This document shows, piece after piece, positions 39,934 through 53,800 of a stretch of 64,000 nt of DNA. A program made the position numbers and the translations under genes. The DNA is from Zygnema circumcarinatum SAG 698-1b. Lineage: Eukaryota; Plantae; Zygnematophyceae. Every line of letters begins with the position of its first letter. Within the stretch, counting starts at the first letter, position 1. Under the pieces are notes generated by a model, which saw only the letters and a program-made list of their open reading frames with translations, did not search any database and had not been told where the DNA came from. The stretch lies in the NCBI GenBank assembly GCA_037447605.1, contig CM074813.1, positions 3,162,001 through 3,226,000 on the forward strand, written 5' to 3'.

Positions 39934-42900
39934 TCACGGGTCAGCGGAGCCGCCGTGCGCCGGAGGCCTCTCCAAGGCCGTCCATCCAAACGCTCCTTTC
40001 CGGAAATCTTTGAGCACTCGATGGGCTGCTTGGTTCACGTCGCCTTGAAACAAGTGGTCAGCCAACGCCTCCAAAAACCTGCAAATGAAAGGCGAGCAGT
40101 GCACGGTTAGGTCACAGGCGATGGAACAAGGACTGCCCTCCCCAGCCGTCCCCTGCCACACGGCAAAACCGGCCGATGGCAAGACCGGGAAATGCACATT
40201 GGACGGCTGCACTGCATCAGCATCCTACAATGCCCAAAATCTACTCGGCTGCAGCAGCAGTGGCAATTAAAATGACAAAAGTAACAGAAGACCATTTTTA
40301 AGAAATCAATTACAACTCGACAAAACCCATCCCTTAGTCTACTAGCCGCTGGTATCCATTAGTTCAAGAATAGCAGATACTTTTGGAAAGGTATTCTTAC
40401 TCTTCACCGGAGAGTCTTTCAGGTATTAATTTATAACGCTTTGCCACCACTTCAGGACCTGGCAAAACCACCAAACACCAACAGACATGAAAAGCGTTGC
40501 AAAACGTGTCTATCAATTCAGGAAAACAAATGCATGATCACCATGTCCCTGAAGGCAAAGGAAGGAGTTTTGCAGAAAAAACCCACAAAGGAACATAGCA
40601 CAAACAATTCTGCAACCGGTATACCGGTATATTTTGTGAATTTAATACCTGCTGCAGGTATGCGGTTCAGGATTTCAATTAGTATCGCCGCCACCCCCGC
40701 CACCGCGTAGGAAGCTTCCCCGATATCGTTGCAGATCGCGAGGCGAGCCGCCGCCGCTTGGTCGGCGATGCGAACAGGAAGGATGCCGGGAGCATCAAGG
40801 AGGTCCAAATCTTCTCCAATTTGAACCCACCTTCACCACCGTTCACACAGCACACCAGCCGACCTAACTTCATTTAACATGTACAGGAGGGCGCCTGAAT
40901 ATCTCACGCTAACGTAGATGTGGATAAAACAACGAACATGGAAGCAGATCAACTTGAGCAAAACCCTAGGACCAAAAGGCAGATAATCATTTGAAAATGC
41001 GTGATAGCATGCGAGTAAGTGACATGCAAATCCATCGCAAACAGGGTGCGACAGCGGCAACTATCAATTCAGAACCAAAGCACTGAAAATGGTTTCTCTT
41101 TCCTGAAGTGTGAATTTGTATTAAACCCTAAAAACCCTAAAACCCCTAAAAATCCTAAAAGCCCAAAACTCAATTTATAATACCTTAACAAGGGTCTGAA
41201 ACGTTGGTGCAGAATCAAGGATCTCAAATACTCCTGCTTGAAAAAATGCTCACTTCTATATTCACCTGACCTCTCGCGTGACGCCTGGCCGCGGCGCGCT
41301 CGGACACGTCCTCCTCTTCAGCAGCCGGTTGATAAGAGCGGACTTGCCCACGTTAGGGTATCCCACCACAGCTGCGCGCACCTGCGCGCAGGAGAAACAT
41401 TGATGAAGGAACACTTAAAGCAAGCAATGTTTAAAAGAAAGCTGCTCAAACAAACTATGATGGGTACAACTCAAAATAAGCAATGAACAGTGAAACTGCT
41501 CCAAATTGCAGTTCATCTCCTTTGACAAACCATGAGATTGAAGTGTTACGCATTACAGAAACAAAGAAAGACTTCAGGGTTGGGGGGCACATATTTACCG
41601 CACGCGGAAGAAGACCTTTTGACTTTCTTCGAGCATTGATCTCTTTTCCCACCGACATAGCCTCCCTTGTGAGCCGAAATATCCCCTGCATGAGATTCCA
41701 TTCACGTACCTCATAATTGGCTTCTGCAACACCTGCAGCTTCCTCCAAGCTGGCTCCTGACCTAAAAACAAAGTGTGCAAAGGAGTGAAACGTGTACACG
41801 CTAACTTCCAGAAACTAACGAGGAAGACTGTCCGTAAAAGTCCCCCCGCCCTGCCCTCTGAGGGCGCACCATGCCGTGCTGCCCGTCGGTGAAGAGCGGG
41901 TCCGCGCCCTCCCGGCCGTAGTGCGCGGCCCACGCCGCGCGGTCCGCCGCGGAGACCATGTCCTCGCGCGTCAACACCAGCACGCGCTGCCGCTCGCCCA
42001 GCCACGACCCGAGCTGCGGGGGGGCACAAACAGGAGCGCGACCGGCCTAGCCTCAGAAACCCTACGGGCCACGGAACGACCAACACAACGCTCGCTAAAA
42101 CAGCCGACGAGCTGAAGAGCTCTCTCTATTTGACCCAGCCACAGTATCAACACATTATTCATGCGCTATTCGCTGGACACTTCTGATACGTAAACAATGA
42201 CATCGACTTCAAGGGCGAGTCAGTGTGCACGCAAATTTCACGACTTCAAGTGGTATGTTCCTCCACGCATGTCACCAGAGGAGTCAGAAGCATGGCAAAG
42301 GCCATTTGAGAAGATGGCAAAATTGGGAAGCGAATGAAACTAATGGAAGTAACATCATTGTGGGACCCAAGGCGAGGGGAAAAGGGCGACGGCTTCAGTT
42401 ATGAGCCCCACCAAATTGCACTTAGGCTATAGGCGATTTTTTGGAATATGATGAGAAGGAGGACATGTCAAGTTAAGTGGAGCAGGGCAGAGGGAGCTCC
42501 TCGACTATTCTGAAGGTGAAGAAAAAAATATATTAAGGCGCAGCTCTGTGGTTTCACCTGTCTTCCGAACTCGTCTATGTGAAACATAAGTCCAGACAAC
42601 TACTTGGAAGCTGTGGAGCATGGAGCAGTTGAAGCAGGAAATTTGGACACCTTACTGGAAACATCGTAAGCTTGTCAATATGAGTGCATATTACAATCTT
42701 GTACTTTGGTGACGTTCATAATAACCAAATAAATTTTACTATATCTTTAAGGCAATTCTTAAACTCAAATATTGCACAGGAAAGGACAGCACCTCTGGAT
42801 AGGTCGTGGCCTGAGGTATGCGAGCGTCACGCACTTCCAACACTACATCCACCCACTTCAGCTGCTCCTTAAGGTCTCTCTCGGCTTTGGCAATATGACC

Positions 42901-43534
42901 AGGATACCACTGCCACACAATTGGTTCGGTCCCAAACAACCAGAAAGACAACAATTGACCGACGAGTCAAAAAAGTAAAACTGTTTTTTTTAAGTCAATG
43001 AACAATCAAGCAAAACAGTTGAACAGACAGAAGGGCAGTCGCTAACGATGGCGTGTCCGGGAAGAAGTGGAGGTGAAGGAGGTGGGAAAAGGGCGTGTGA
43101 GAGCGGGTGGATGAAAAAGCGAAAAAGTGAGAGAGAGCGAGAGGGAGCGTGAGAAGGAGCAGCCCCCCAACGCCCAGAAACCTCCTTCAGACAGGGGCAT
43201 TGTCTACCTGCACTAGGCGAACGGTGCGCATCAGATAGCCCAGCTCCGACTCAAGCTCCGCCCACCCGGAAGGGATCGGCGGAGCGCTTGTTTCGCCTGC
43301 TGCGCACCTCCATGCCGTTGTCGACGAGGAGGAATGCTGCCTCTCTTGAAAGCTTAATCCCAACCATTTTCTACGTCGTTTGCTCAATCCTAGACTCTCT
43401 AGTCTTCCATCGAAGGGCAGCCACGCGTTCCCAGCCACCCGGAGGCCATCTGGCTGCGGCCCGCCAGAGAAGCTGCAGAGCGCGGCGGCAGAGACCGGCG
43501 CGTCGGCGCAAGCGATTAGGCGCGGGCTCGCCAT
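39934..43534 (-). CDS. Plastid circularly permuted GTPase of the RbgA/YlqF family (DAR GTPase 3-like)
   Basis: [112 protein letters not shown]. Confidence 0.94.
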
Positions 43535-44481
43535 GTCCTCCCTCACCCTCTCCCTCTGCCTCTACCCCGCCTGCCCTGCCAAGGGAGGGAGGCGATGGAT
43601 ATTTTACGCGAGCGCGGAGCCGCGGACGGACTCTTTTGCGTCGGTCGGTCGGTCGGTCCCGGGCGGCGCGCGGCGGCAAAAAGGAAAAGGGGCGGAGGGT
43701 GGCTCATATGGTGCTGGATCATCTGACTTGCGTCAGCGGACTGAGATGTGCGCGAGCGCATCTTCGAGCGTGATATCATTGCCACGCCGCCGGGAGGACT
43801 CGATCTGTAGATCTCCGGACGGACGACCGCCGCAGGTACTGACCCACATGATAGACGGACTTGTTGAATTTAAGTGCTATGATATTATATAGCCAATACT
43901 TTTGTATATACAAAAGTAACGAACGCGGAACACTGCTCTGGGAGACGGAGGGAGGCGAGGCGGCGCGTGGCCGTACGTCCAGGGGACTACCGTACCGCAC
44001 GGAAGGGTTGGAGGAGTGTACAGTAGACCCCCCCAATATTTTCGCCCCTCTTATTTTCGCTACCCAATATTTTCGCACTGATTTTGCCAAAACCACTTTT
44101 TGCGTTGCCGTAGGCAAAAGCTTTGTCATCGTTTTCATCCGTACGATTATTCGATTAAGGTGTCAAAGATGATTTTGATGAAAATGGGGTATAATTTCCG
44201 CGAGTGTGACGTTGCCACGTCGCGCGTCCTGATTGGTGTGCTCTTCGTTGGATCGAATGCGGTTAAAATGGGGTATATCGCGTATTTATGTACTCATAAT
44301 TACGTTTCGTTTCAACGGACAGCGTTGAAACGAAACGTTATTCAGTTATGCTTTTATCCAGTTAGAAATTGCCACGTTGGTATTGTGGTGTTTTTTTGGA
44401 TCGTTTGTAGGATATGGGGTATGTTTTTTATCCAGTCGGGTGTTGCCACGTAGCCCTAAAATGGGAAAAAAAATCAAAAAA

Positions 44482-44545
44482 AAACCACACACAAACTTGA
44501 CGACAGAATGATGTGTCATTCTGTCGTCAAGTTTGTGTGTGGTTT
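44482..44545. repeat. Perfect 30-bp inverted repeat with 4-nt loop, flanked by A- and T-runs
   Basis: AAACCACACACAAACTTGACGACAGAATGA-TGTG-TCATTCTGTCGTCAAGTTTGTGTGTGGTTT. Confidence 0.96.
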
Positions 44546-45765
44546 AAAAAAAAATTTTTTTTTTTTTTTTTTTTTGGATTGTGGAACGGAATGTGGTATA
44601 CGTGTTATCCAGTCAGAGATTGCGACGTGGGTGTTGTGTGTTTTCTTGATTTTTTGTAGGAAATGGGTCTTATTTTATTCAATCAAGTGTTGCCACGTTG
44701 CCAATAATTTTTTATGTTTATCGATGTTTTCAATTTCTATATTATCGTTAATTCCACGTAAGATGTTTTTAAAATGGCGGACTGGCCGACAGACAAAGTC
44801 TTTATAGTCCAGAGGACTGGCGGACTAGCCGACTGACTGACGGACGGACACGCGAACTGGCCGACAAACCGACCGACAAACCGACTAACTCACAGACTGG
44901 CCGACGACCGACAGACTGACTGACAGACGGACACACATACTGTCCGACAGACAGACGACTGACTAACGGACAGACTGACAGACTTCCCGACAAACTGACA
45001 AGCTAACGGACTGACTAAAAGCTGTAAAAATTCTGAAAGATTAAAAAAACTGTAAAAGCGCTAAAAATGCTTAAAATATCTATAAAATTTCTAAAAAACC
45101 TAAATAATAACCTAAATATATAAAACCTTAAAAATCTTAAAATTCCTAAAAATCTTGAAAATAGAAAATGTCTAAGAAATCATAAAAACCCTTGTTTTTT
45201 AGTCTAACACGCAAATTGAGACACGCACAAACATCATCACAGTCGAAAAAAAAAAAAAACAAACTATACAACATAGGGCCCTATGTGTAGTAGTTTGTTT
45301 CCTTTTTTTTTTTTTTTTTCTTATTTGTAGAAAAATCACACACGCAAATTCTGCCGCACACAAAAACACTCGCAGAGAAAAAAAAAAAAAACAATGTAAT
45401 TATTACAACATTCGGCCTTCTGTTGTAATATTATTTTGTTTTTTTTTTTTTCTATTTTCAGATAAAAGAATGCGCACAGTCAGACAAACATACAGACATA
45501 GCCACACACACGCCGACACTCACATAATGGAAAAAAACAAAAACATTATTAAAGAAGAAAAAGAAAAGGAAAAAAAAAAGGTAAAAGCTCTCTCTCTCTC
45601 TTTCTTTTCTTCCTCCTGTCTTCTACCATTCTTCCTACCGGTTTACCTCTACAACTCTTCTGTCTTTCTGAAAACTATAAAAGTGGGAGGAATGAGAAAT
45701 TGAAGTACCTAACCTGTTTTGATGCGGATTTAAGCTGACAACTCCAGCTCTCAATATTCCAATAT

Positions 45766-46055
45766 CCCAGGACTGGGTCCTTCAGAAATCAAAGTACGGT
45801 TATTTGTCATTTTACATATGAAAATAAACATAGATACGAACCTTTTCGGTGTTTCTGATTTTCGTTATCTCCAGGACTGGGTCCTTCAGAAATCAAATTA
45901 GGGTTATTTGTCTTTTTACATATGAAAATAAACATAGATACGAACCTTATCGGTGTTTCGGAATTTCGTTATCTCCAGGACTGGGTCCTTCAGAAATCAA
46001 AGTATGGTTATTTGTCATTTTACATATGAAAATAAAAATAGATACGAACCTTATC
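45766..46055. repeat. About 105-bp tandem repeat, roughly 2.8 copies
   Basis: CCAGGACTGGGTCCTTCAGAAATCAAA...CATATGAAAATAAA.ATAGATACGAACC recurs at 45766, 45871 and 45975. Confidence 0.92.
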
Positions 46056-47804
46056 TTAGTCGAAAATTCCACATAAGAGGTTTTTAAAATGGCGGACTAG
46101 CCGACAGACAAAGTCTTTATAGTCCAGAGGACTGGCGGACTGGCCGAGACAAAGTCTTTATAGTCCAGAGGACTGGCGGACTGGCCGACAGACTGACGGA
46201 CGGACACAGGAACTGGCCGACAAACCGACCCATAACTCTGAGACTGGTAGGCGACCCGGTAGTGGCCCGGTAGCGGTTACCTGGCGGCCGAGACTGGACG
46301 ACGACTAGCAGACCGGTGACCGGACGCTCGAACAACGACAGATAGCGGACTGACTTGTTAGTTAGTAACTTTCATCTCCATCAACACCTTCTTCTTCCTT
46401 CCATACACCATTCTTCCTTCAGTACACTTCTCCTTTTCTTCTTTCTTCTTCTTCCATCTCCTTTCCACCATCTTTCCTTCACCACACTCCATGTTCCTGT
46501 CTCCTTCTGTTTCTTCCTTCTTCCTTCCACCATTTTCCTTTTCACTACAATCTAATTCCTTCCTCCTTCTCTTCTTCCTTCTTTCTCCACCATTCTCCCC
46601 TTCATCACACTCCATGTTACTTCCCTTCCTTTTTTTCCTTCCCCCCTCCACCATTCTGCTCTTTCGACTCTCGATGTTTCTTCTTCATCCTTTTCTTCCT
46701 TCATTTTTCCACCATTCTTCCCTTCACTCCACTCCATGTTCCATCCTCAGCACAAAGAGGATCCTCGAATGATCGTACAAAGAACTCTTCTCATAGGACT
46801 GGCGAAAGTGTAAGAAAATGGATGCTCTGGAGGACGTAAAGAATGTGGGAAGATGATATTACTGTGTTTCTGAATCGCTTCGCCATCGGGAAATGCCGCC
46901 GACGCCACCGCATCGCACAAAACCGCACTGCGCCGTGGAGCCTGACGTGGCCCTTTTGTACGCATGTTCGTAATCGCGGGATTGTGATTGTCGGTTGACA
47001 ATGCTCGAAACGGCATGTTTGTAGCCCGCGGGCCTGTCCCCAGCAAATTTCAGCGGCGGTACCAAGACAGCGGCCGGCGACGCTAAGTACAGGATGGGCG
47101 ACGCTGCTCATGCTTACACGCTAATACGACAAGCAGATGCGACAAAGGGGCGGATGCATGCTCGCTTTCTAAGTGTGTGCTTATAAGGTCTATATTGTAC
47201 GGAGGGACCGCCTTTTAGCGACCGCATAAGTCTCGTATTTGTACAAAGATAGCTAGTCCTCGTATTTACCACCCCAAGGAGTGTCTCAATATTTTCGCCC
47301 GATTTTGGCCGAACCACCTTTTCAGATAAGAACTTGTGTTAGCCGTACTATTCGTACTGTTCGTACTAGCCGTACTATCCGCATTATACGCATTCAGCCG
47401 CTACGGCTTCCTCGCGAAACTCACCTACCCCCGGCCAGTGTCAGCCAGAAGAGGCGCTCTCGCCTCTTCCCCTTCTTCCCCGGCTTCGACACGCATACTC
47501 TACACGAACAATCGGTACGCATACTTTACCATACTAGGGCGCATACGCATACTTAAACGCCCCGATATGGTATTGTCCGGTGATGCATTTAGCCGAGGCT
47601 TAAATAAATGTAAAGCGAAAACTACGCCTATGCGCGCCACGCATATGTCACGGTTTATACTTTATGCTAAATGATACAAGACGATATTGTACGATATGGT
47701 ACGGTACGATACGCATGGTCCAACATGAACTCTAACATAATACTCGGCCTATTCGTATCAATGCATCCCTTATATATGCAAATTTAATATTTTCGCCTCT
47801 ATTT

Positions 47805-50800
47805 TGTCTCTGAACCGCGGTGGAAAATTTCATGAGGACCCCCTACTCTGCATCAGAGCGCCGCATGAAGATTGGTGTAAAGACAAGATAAGTGGGTTGA
47901 ACAAAGATCACGAGCTAGTCGCAGGGTGTTGTACGGCCACCCGCCCTGCCGAAACTCTTAATTTAGGGTCAGTGGTGCTGTAATCAAAGAGACAGAGCCA
48001 GATCCCGGGATTCGTGATGGTACGCAAATGAAGACGTAGGGATTCTCAAGACGCTCCTAACGGGCGGTCGGACTTGATGCGCGAAAGAGCCCTTCCTGTG
48101 ACCCTCCTCCCTGGTCCTCTCCCTTCTGGCCAGTCTCTTTAACTAGGCTTCTAGTGATCATTGGTCATCGAGAGCAACGAAGGCGTGATAGAGCAAAGAT
48201 AGTGGTCTTGGCATAAGGATGTACAGAGGAAAAATGTGACACAACTTAGATAAAGGTGGTATTTTGAAACTCACCCCAGCCTACCGTTGGCTGGGAATGT
48301 CATTACAATGAAATTGTCTTCACCGAAATCTTTTGTCTAACTGGTCAATCGGGACGCTCCAAATGCTAATGCTAGCGAAGACTCTCTCTCTCTCTCTATC
48401 TATGGCATGGAACTCTCTCTCTTTACTTAAAGACCGCTGTCGTGAATCGAAGAGGAAGAAGAGAAGAAAGAAGAACAAGAAAAGAAACCACACAACAAAT
48501 ACAAATACTAAGCCCAGCACTAAAAGACAAACAAGCATCACTGACATCCCATCTACTTAACACTCCATTACCGATCTTGAGCCTTAAGAAGGATACCCCC
48601 GACAATAACCTTCAATCGAGAGGCCTGATCGACTACGGAGGCCTTCGATAGGCCAACGAATGATAATTCCAAGGCCCAGTGGTGTTCCCGAGCGCGCCTT
48701 GTCGATAGTGTCGTTCGCGGACCGGCCAACGCGATGGCGCCGCTTCTCTCACCTGGTAGCTCCTGGATTCCGCTGATCCGCGACACGGAAGAGGCCTATG
48801 TCAAGTACAATTGAACTGACGCAGATCCGTCGAACGCAGCTCCGTTACGCTACATCTGTAGCACATGCCGGGGGGGGAAAACAAGCGCACGCCCCTGCGG
48901 GCGCAATGAAGAAGAGACAAAGGGCATGGAAGGAGCCAATGATGACGTGGACGGGGGGCCGCGCGAGGCGAGACGGAGGTTGTCCTGAGAAGCTTCCGCC
49001 AAGACATCTGAAATGGGGAGTATCGAGGACCGTATTCAGCGAGATCACCGGGCTGGCTAATGTGGGCTAAGGGGCAAAAAGTGGCTGAAGTGCGTAATCA
49101 AGGCTGAATTAAATGGACCAATGAGAGTAGCCATGGCGTGGGGGCATGAGGAGGCCGCTACTGCCGCTCAAGGAACGGTCACCATCGCGGGAGGAACCGC
49201 CGACGTGGCGTAATCTAATGTCGATCCAGTTGTGAACGCCACGCCGCCCCATCAGAGTCGTATCTCCAAATGATGGCTCCAACCCGGATCTCCGGCCTGA
49301 CCCCACAGATGAAGGGGCCCAACCACCAAAAGCCCGCTGAGTCGGTTTGGGTAAGATTCCCGGGAAGCCAAAATGAGCCGATGCGCGCTACCGACAAGGA
49401 GAGCGCCAAGGCCGGCTGGGCCCCAAAGTCGTGAGTTGTCGTCTCAGGCGCTCGCTCGAGGTGGTGGGAGTGCCATGGAATCTAGGGTTTGGAAGCGTAG
49501 GGCCAGGAGCTGAAGCTGCGCTACCCGATCCGGGGGAGGCGCATCATCGTAGAAGAGGGGTTCAGCAGAGAGGAGGTCAAGGGGAATGCGGGGCTTACGG
49601 CCATAGAGGAGCTCGTAGGGAGAGAATCCAGTGGAGGAGTGAACAGAGGTGTTGTACGTGAAGACCAGGGAGGGGATGACCTCGCGCTAGTCCGCCTCCA
49701 GCTCCGCGCAGCCGCGGACGCACGCATCCTTGACCGCCTGAATGGTACGTTCTGCAAGCCCATTCTGCCGTGGGGATAGGGGCTGAGGCGTGGTGAATGA
49801 CGCGAAGTCCTCAAGATGAGCTTGGCGAATGCCCCCTTGTATCTTGCAGGCTACTGCCGAAAGTGGACGAAAGTAGGTGGTAGAGCATAGTGAATGATGG
49901 TCGCCGTAGAGGCTGCAGAGTGGACTCCGAATAAGCTAGATTCTCAGAAGGTGAACCCCTACCCACTGGGTGTATCCGTCCACCTGGGCTAGAAGACTAA
50001 TGCCGAGGGGGTGCCGAAATGGGGATGCGCAGCTAATGTTCCACCTTTGGCGACGCCAGATGGGGATCTCACCCATCTCTGTGGGTTGGCTACTTGGGAG
50101 GTAGTAGAGCTGCTTAAGCCAAGCAAGGAATCTAAAAGGTGTCGATGTACGCACACCGGGCCAGGAGGCCTGCCACAATAGCGCCCCGCACAGTGGTGAC
50201 CATCTTCTTCAAGGTCGAGGTGGAACTGGCCGCCGAATCGCGGGCTTACATCCGCACTCCATGCTCATCGGGAAAGGAACAGAAGGCCGTAGGGAGGTAC
50301 GCGATTCAGTCCGGCCATCATCAAGAGAAGTTCCGGAGAGCGGGGCGGAGCAAAATGAGCCCTCGTCCGTGATAAAGGGGGTAACCGCAAGGCCGACGTA
50401 GCCAGAAGGGAGTGAGTCCGAATGGACGTCATTGGCGCCGGGAAACGGGAGAAGTAAGGAGCCGCCGCCATCGCCATCCATGAGGAGTTCACGGATCCAA
50501 GATGGGGGTGGCCGCGGGTGAAGTCGTGGTCCTCCCAATGATGGAGGGTGGTGGCGCTTGGTCGGAATATCGACGTACCCCATCCGCGAATAAGACATCA
50601 TGCGGTGGCTTGAGCAAAGAATAAAATCTCAATGGAAGATGCCTGTGGCCCGTGAGGGTGGGTGGAGGGATGGGTTCGTGTGAACTACCGGATCGCGGCA
50701 GAGAGGGTTTAGGGATCGCGATCGGTACACGCGACGCCGCGACTACGGCCGGACGGGTGAGTGACCTTGGCACATTATACTCCTCCAACTTCATCACCCA

Positions 50801-53800
50801 TCGTGCAAACTTAGGTCGGAGGGTGGCCATGATATGCAGCCAAGTGAGGGGCATGTGGTCAGTCCGGATGATAACGGGCTGGTAGGCCGTGAAGAGCTTG
50901 AACTTCTCGAGTGCCCGCAGGATGCTCTCGCCGCCTCCTCGCTAGGGTCAGCATTTCGTCTCGGTTTCTCGAATGCAAACCCGCTAGCATAACCGACCGG
51001 TGTTCCCATCCCGAGAATGCTTGACCGGGCCATCGCGCCCCAAATCCCGCCCTGACTCCGCCGGAATACAATGACTAAGGCGTGGTGGGGTCAAATTGAT
51101 GCGCATAAGGAGCTCACAGTGGGCACTCTTTGGAGCGCGTGGAAGGCTAAATCCCCGCTTCTACCCATTCGTATTGGACTCGCGTTTCTCCAAGGCATGT
51201 GGACGCGGCGATAAGGGCATGTGCTCTTGATGAACCTACATAGAAGGAGGTGGAGTCCTGCTAGCGACTTGAGCCGAAAGGAGGGTCTCAGGAATCTGAT
51301 AAGGGCACCGCCTAATCTTGTCCAGTTGATGGTTTCAGCCATTGGATGCCGGTGCTGTGCCCGATGAGCTGATTCCTCGATGGCCCCATTTGCACTCTTT
51401 TGGGTGCAATCTTCAAACGCGCACTATCGAGCCGCTATGACTTGGTCAATGTGTCGGCAGTGGAGAGGACCAGTCCCACAAAGGAGGGAGGCATCATCCA
51501 CGAAGGCTCGCAAAGGCCGGCTGTAAATGTAATACTTGCTGGGCGCTGGTGAGTCTGGCCGAATTCTTGAGCCCAAAGGGAAGCATCCACCGCGACGAAG
51601 CGGTGGTTGTGCGCAGCCCCCGCTCTGCGCAAATGGGACGTGGCCCGCCGCTAGTGGGGATTCGCCGAAGGATTGCGATGTCAAGTGTCGGTGAACCACG
51701 GCCATCGGGAGACGCCGTGGAGAATCAGGTCCATCCGTAACGTGCAGGTAGGGATCCTAATTTCGTTATTGCATTCACCGCAGAGTCCCACGTAATGAGT
51801 GTGCCATCCCATTGGGGCAATCCGCTGGGGGCGAACGCCGGCTGGCCCACGCCTCTTTCCAGTTCCATCAATCCGCAACACGCTTCGCCGATTCTGGTTA
51901 CTCGACATCTGGCCACAGCGACGCGAAAAAGCTGTAGGGAGTCGTGGTCATCACGGGAGACGCATCCCCCGTATCAATGTGGTGCTCAATCAGGTGAGTC
52001 TTGCCGATGTCGAGTGAATGTCGTGCGAAAACTAGGTGATTTCGGCGCAGCACTTGGCGTAGTTGAGAATGTTTCGACGGGTTATTCCGAGAGGCCCGCG
52101 CAGCCCCAATCTCATCCGCCTCTATTTCCGTACCAATTCTCATCAATGATGGTCTCTACGGGGAAAGGTGAAGCTTTAGGTATCACTGGCAAGAATAGCT
52201 TCTTCCGTCGGGGCGCATCGAGAGCTGACCCGAGGAGAGTGTGAGGGGAGTCTCATTACTTCCAGACGTAATTGGCCTAATCCATAAGAAGAATGGGGAG
52301 CTGACCGAATGGTACATGCAGATCTCCTAGAGACCTCAAGGCCAAGGGCGGGCTGGGGAAGGCGAGGTGGTGAGGGACTCGAGGATGATGGGGAAGGAGC
52401 ATTCTCATCTCCGCCGCCAGAGCAAGTGCAATGGGATATGTAAAGAAAGCCGATTTCCAGGTTCTATCGCGATGAGCCAATCTCGAGCCCACAAAGAGAT
52501 AGAATAAGGTTCGCCGGCCGTGGATGACTGCATTCATCAGGCTCTATCTCGCCAAGAGGGGACTACTTAAGGCCAGCTTCAATCCTTCATGTGAAGCTCT
52601 TCAACTCCCACATATCTGGGATGGGCTCATGTCTGTCTAATCCTAACTCTCACGCTTCATCACAAGCTTGGACAGAACTGTGCGCATAGCCCCCGTGTCG
52701 ATCATGGCTTTGCTGGGATGACCGTCGAGCCATACATTGACAATGATCCGCACATTGGGCGTTGGGATGAGAGGGAGGATCTGAATCTGGCGAGGAGGAT
52801 GGCGAGGGAGCGGATCGGGTTCTGCATGGAGGGGCCAGAAATTCATGTGGTGATACTCCACGCATGCAGGGACGCCTCGAGGAGTGGGCCATAGAACTCG
52901 CTGAGGCCGAGGGGCGGCTCCCTCGGCTACCGCCGGGCTTCGAATCCACGGCAAAGACCCGGTACAAGCCGACCAACTGCGGGACAAGGTAATGCCGATC
53001 TTAGCCTTGTCTCCCATGAGTCGATGATCCATGCGTTCAATCAGGATGTGTGCCGTCCGGTCGGTGTGGTCGACGATCGCCGCTCGGGAAAAACGGGCTT
53101 TCGAGGATCTATGTGGAGGGCTGACGTGATCTTCGTCGCCGCGGCGCCGGTTTCGCCGCGCCACAAGCCGCTCCTCTTCATTGCATCTTCAATTTCCTCC
53201 TCAGTGTGGATCCCAAGTGGATGACCCAGCGGCGGGAGAGATGACTGAAGTTCTTCTATTGTGGTGTGGCGACCGTGGAGCGTGCCCTCGGAGGAATTGG
53301 CGTCATGACATTGGCAGGAGGAAAACGGCAGTGGGGATGAGAATGAGGATCGCTTCGGTTGACAGGGAGCCTGCGAAGGGCAGTTGCAATCTCGGCGATC
53401 CGGGCTTGAGCATCCGCTTCAGAAGTGATGGGGATTCGGACAAGGCCGGTTGAAATGCCGCGGCAACCTCGGCAGTGCGTGATCGGGCAGCAGGATCGGG
53501 CTCAGCACCCAATACGTTTGACAGGGAGGGGGAGTCCATGGGGTGCAGATGGATAGGTGGTCGTTGCAGGATGGTGTAAGCGGGTGAAGGAGGTGGAGGC
53601 GGGCGAAAGGGAGCCGGAGCTCTCGGTGGTGTGGGAGCAGCCGGGAGCATATCCATGAAGGTGATCTCTGCGTGAGTTCTTCAAATAGCTTCTTTCCCCT
53701 TCGCCTTCTACTGAGAGTCTCCGCGATGCACACACGGCATCATGTCCCGTGATCCGACAGAAGGTGCAGGTCCATGGTCCGCTAACGAAGCCGCTGGATT

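Noticed and set aside
46747-47111. ORFs in the TIR core as a transposase remnant
   Set aside because: No DDE/D or HTH motifs were recognisable
47337-47737. TGTTAG...CTAACA segment as a solo LTR
   Set aside because: No target-site duplication, and similarity to 60680-60900 extends past the supposed end
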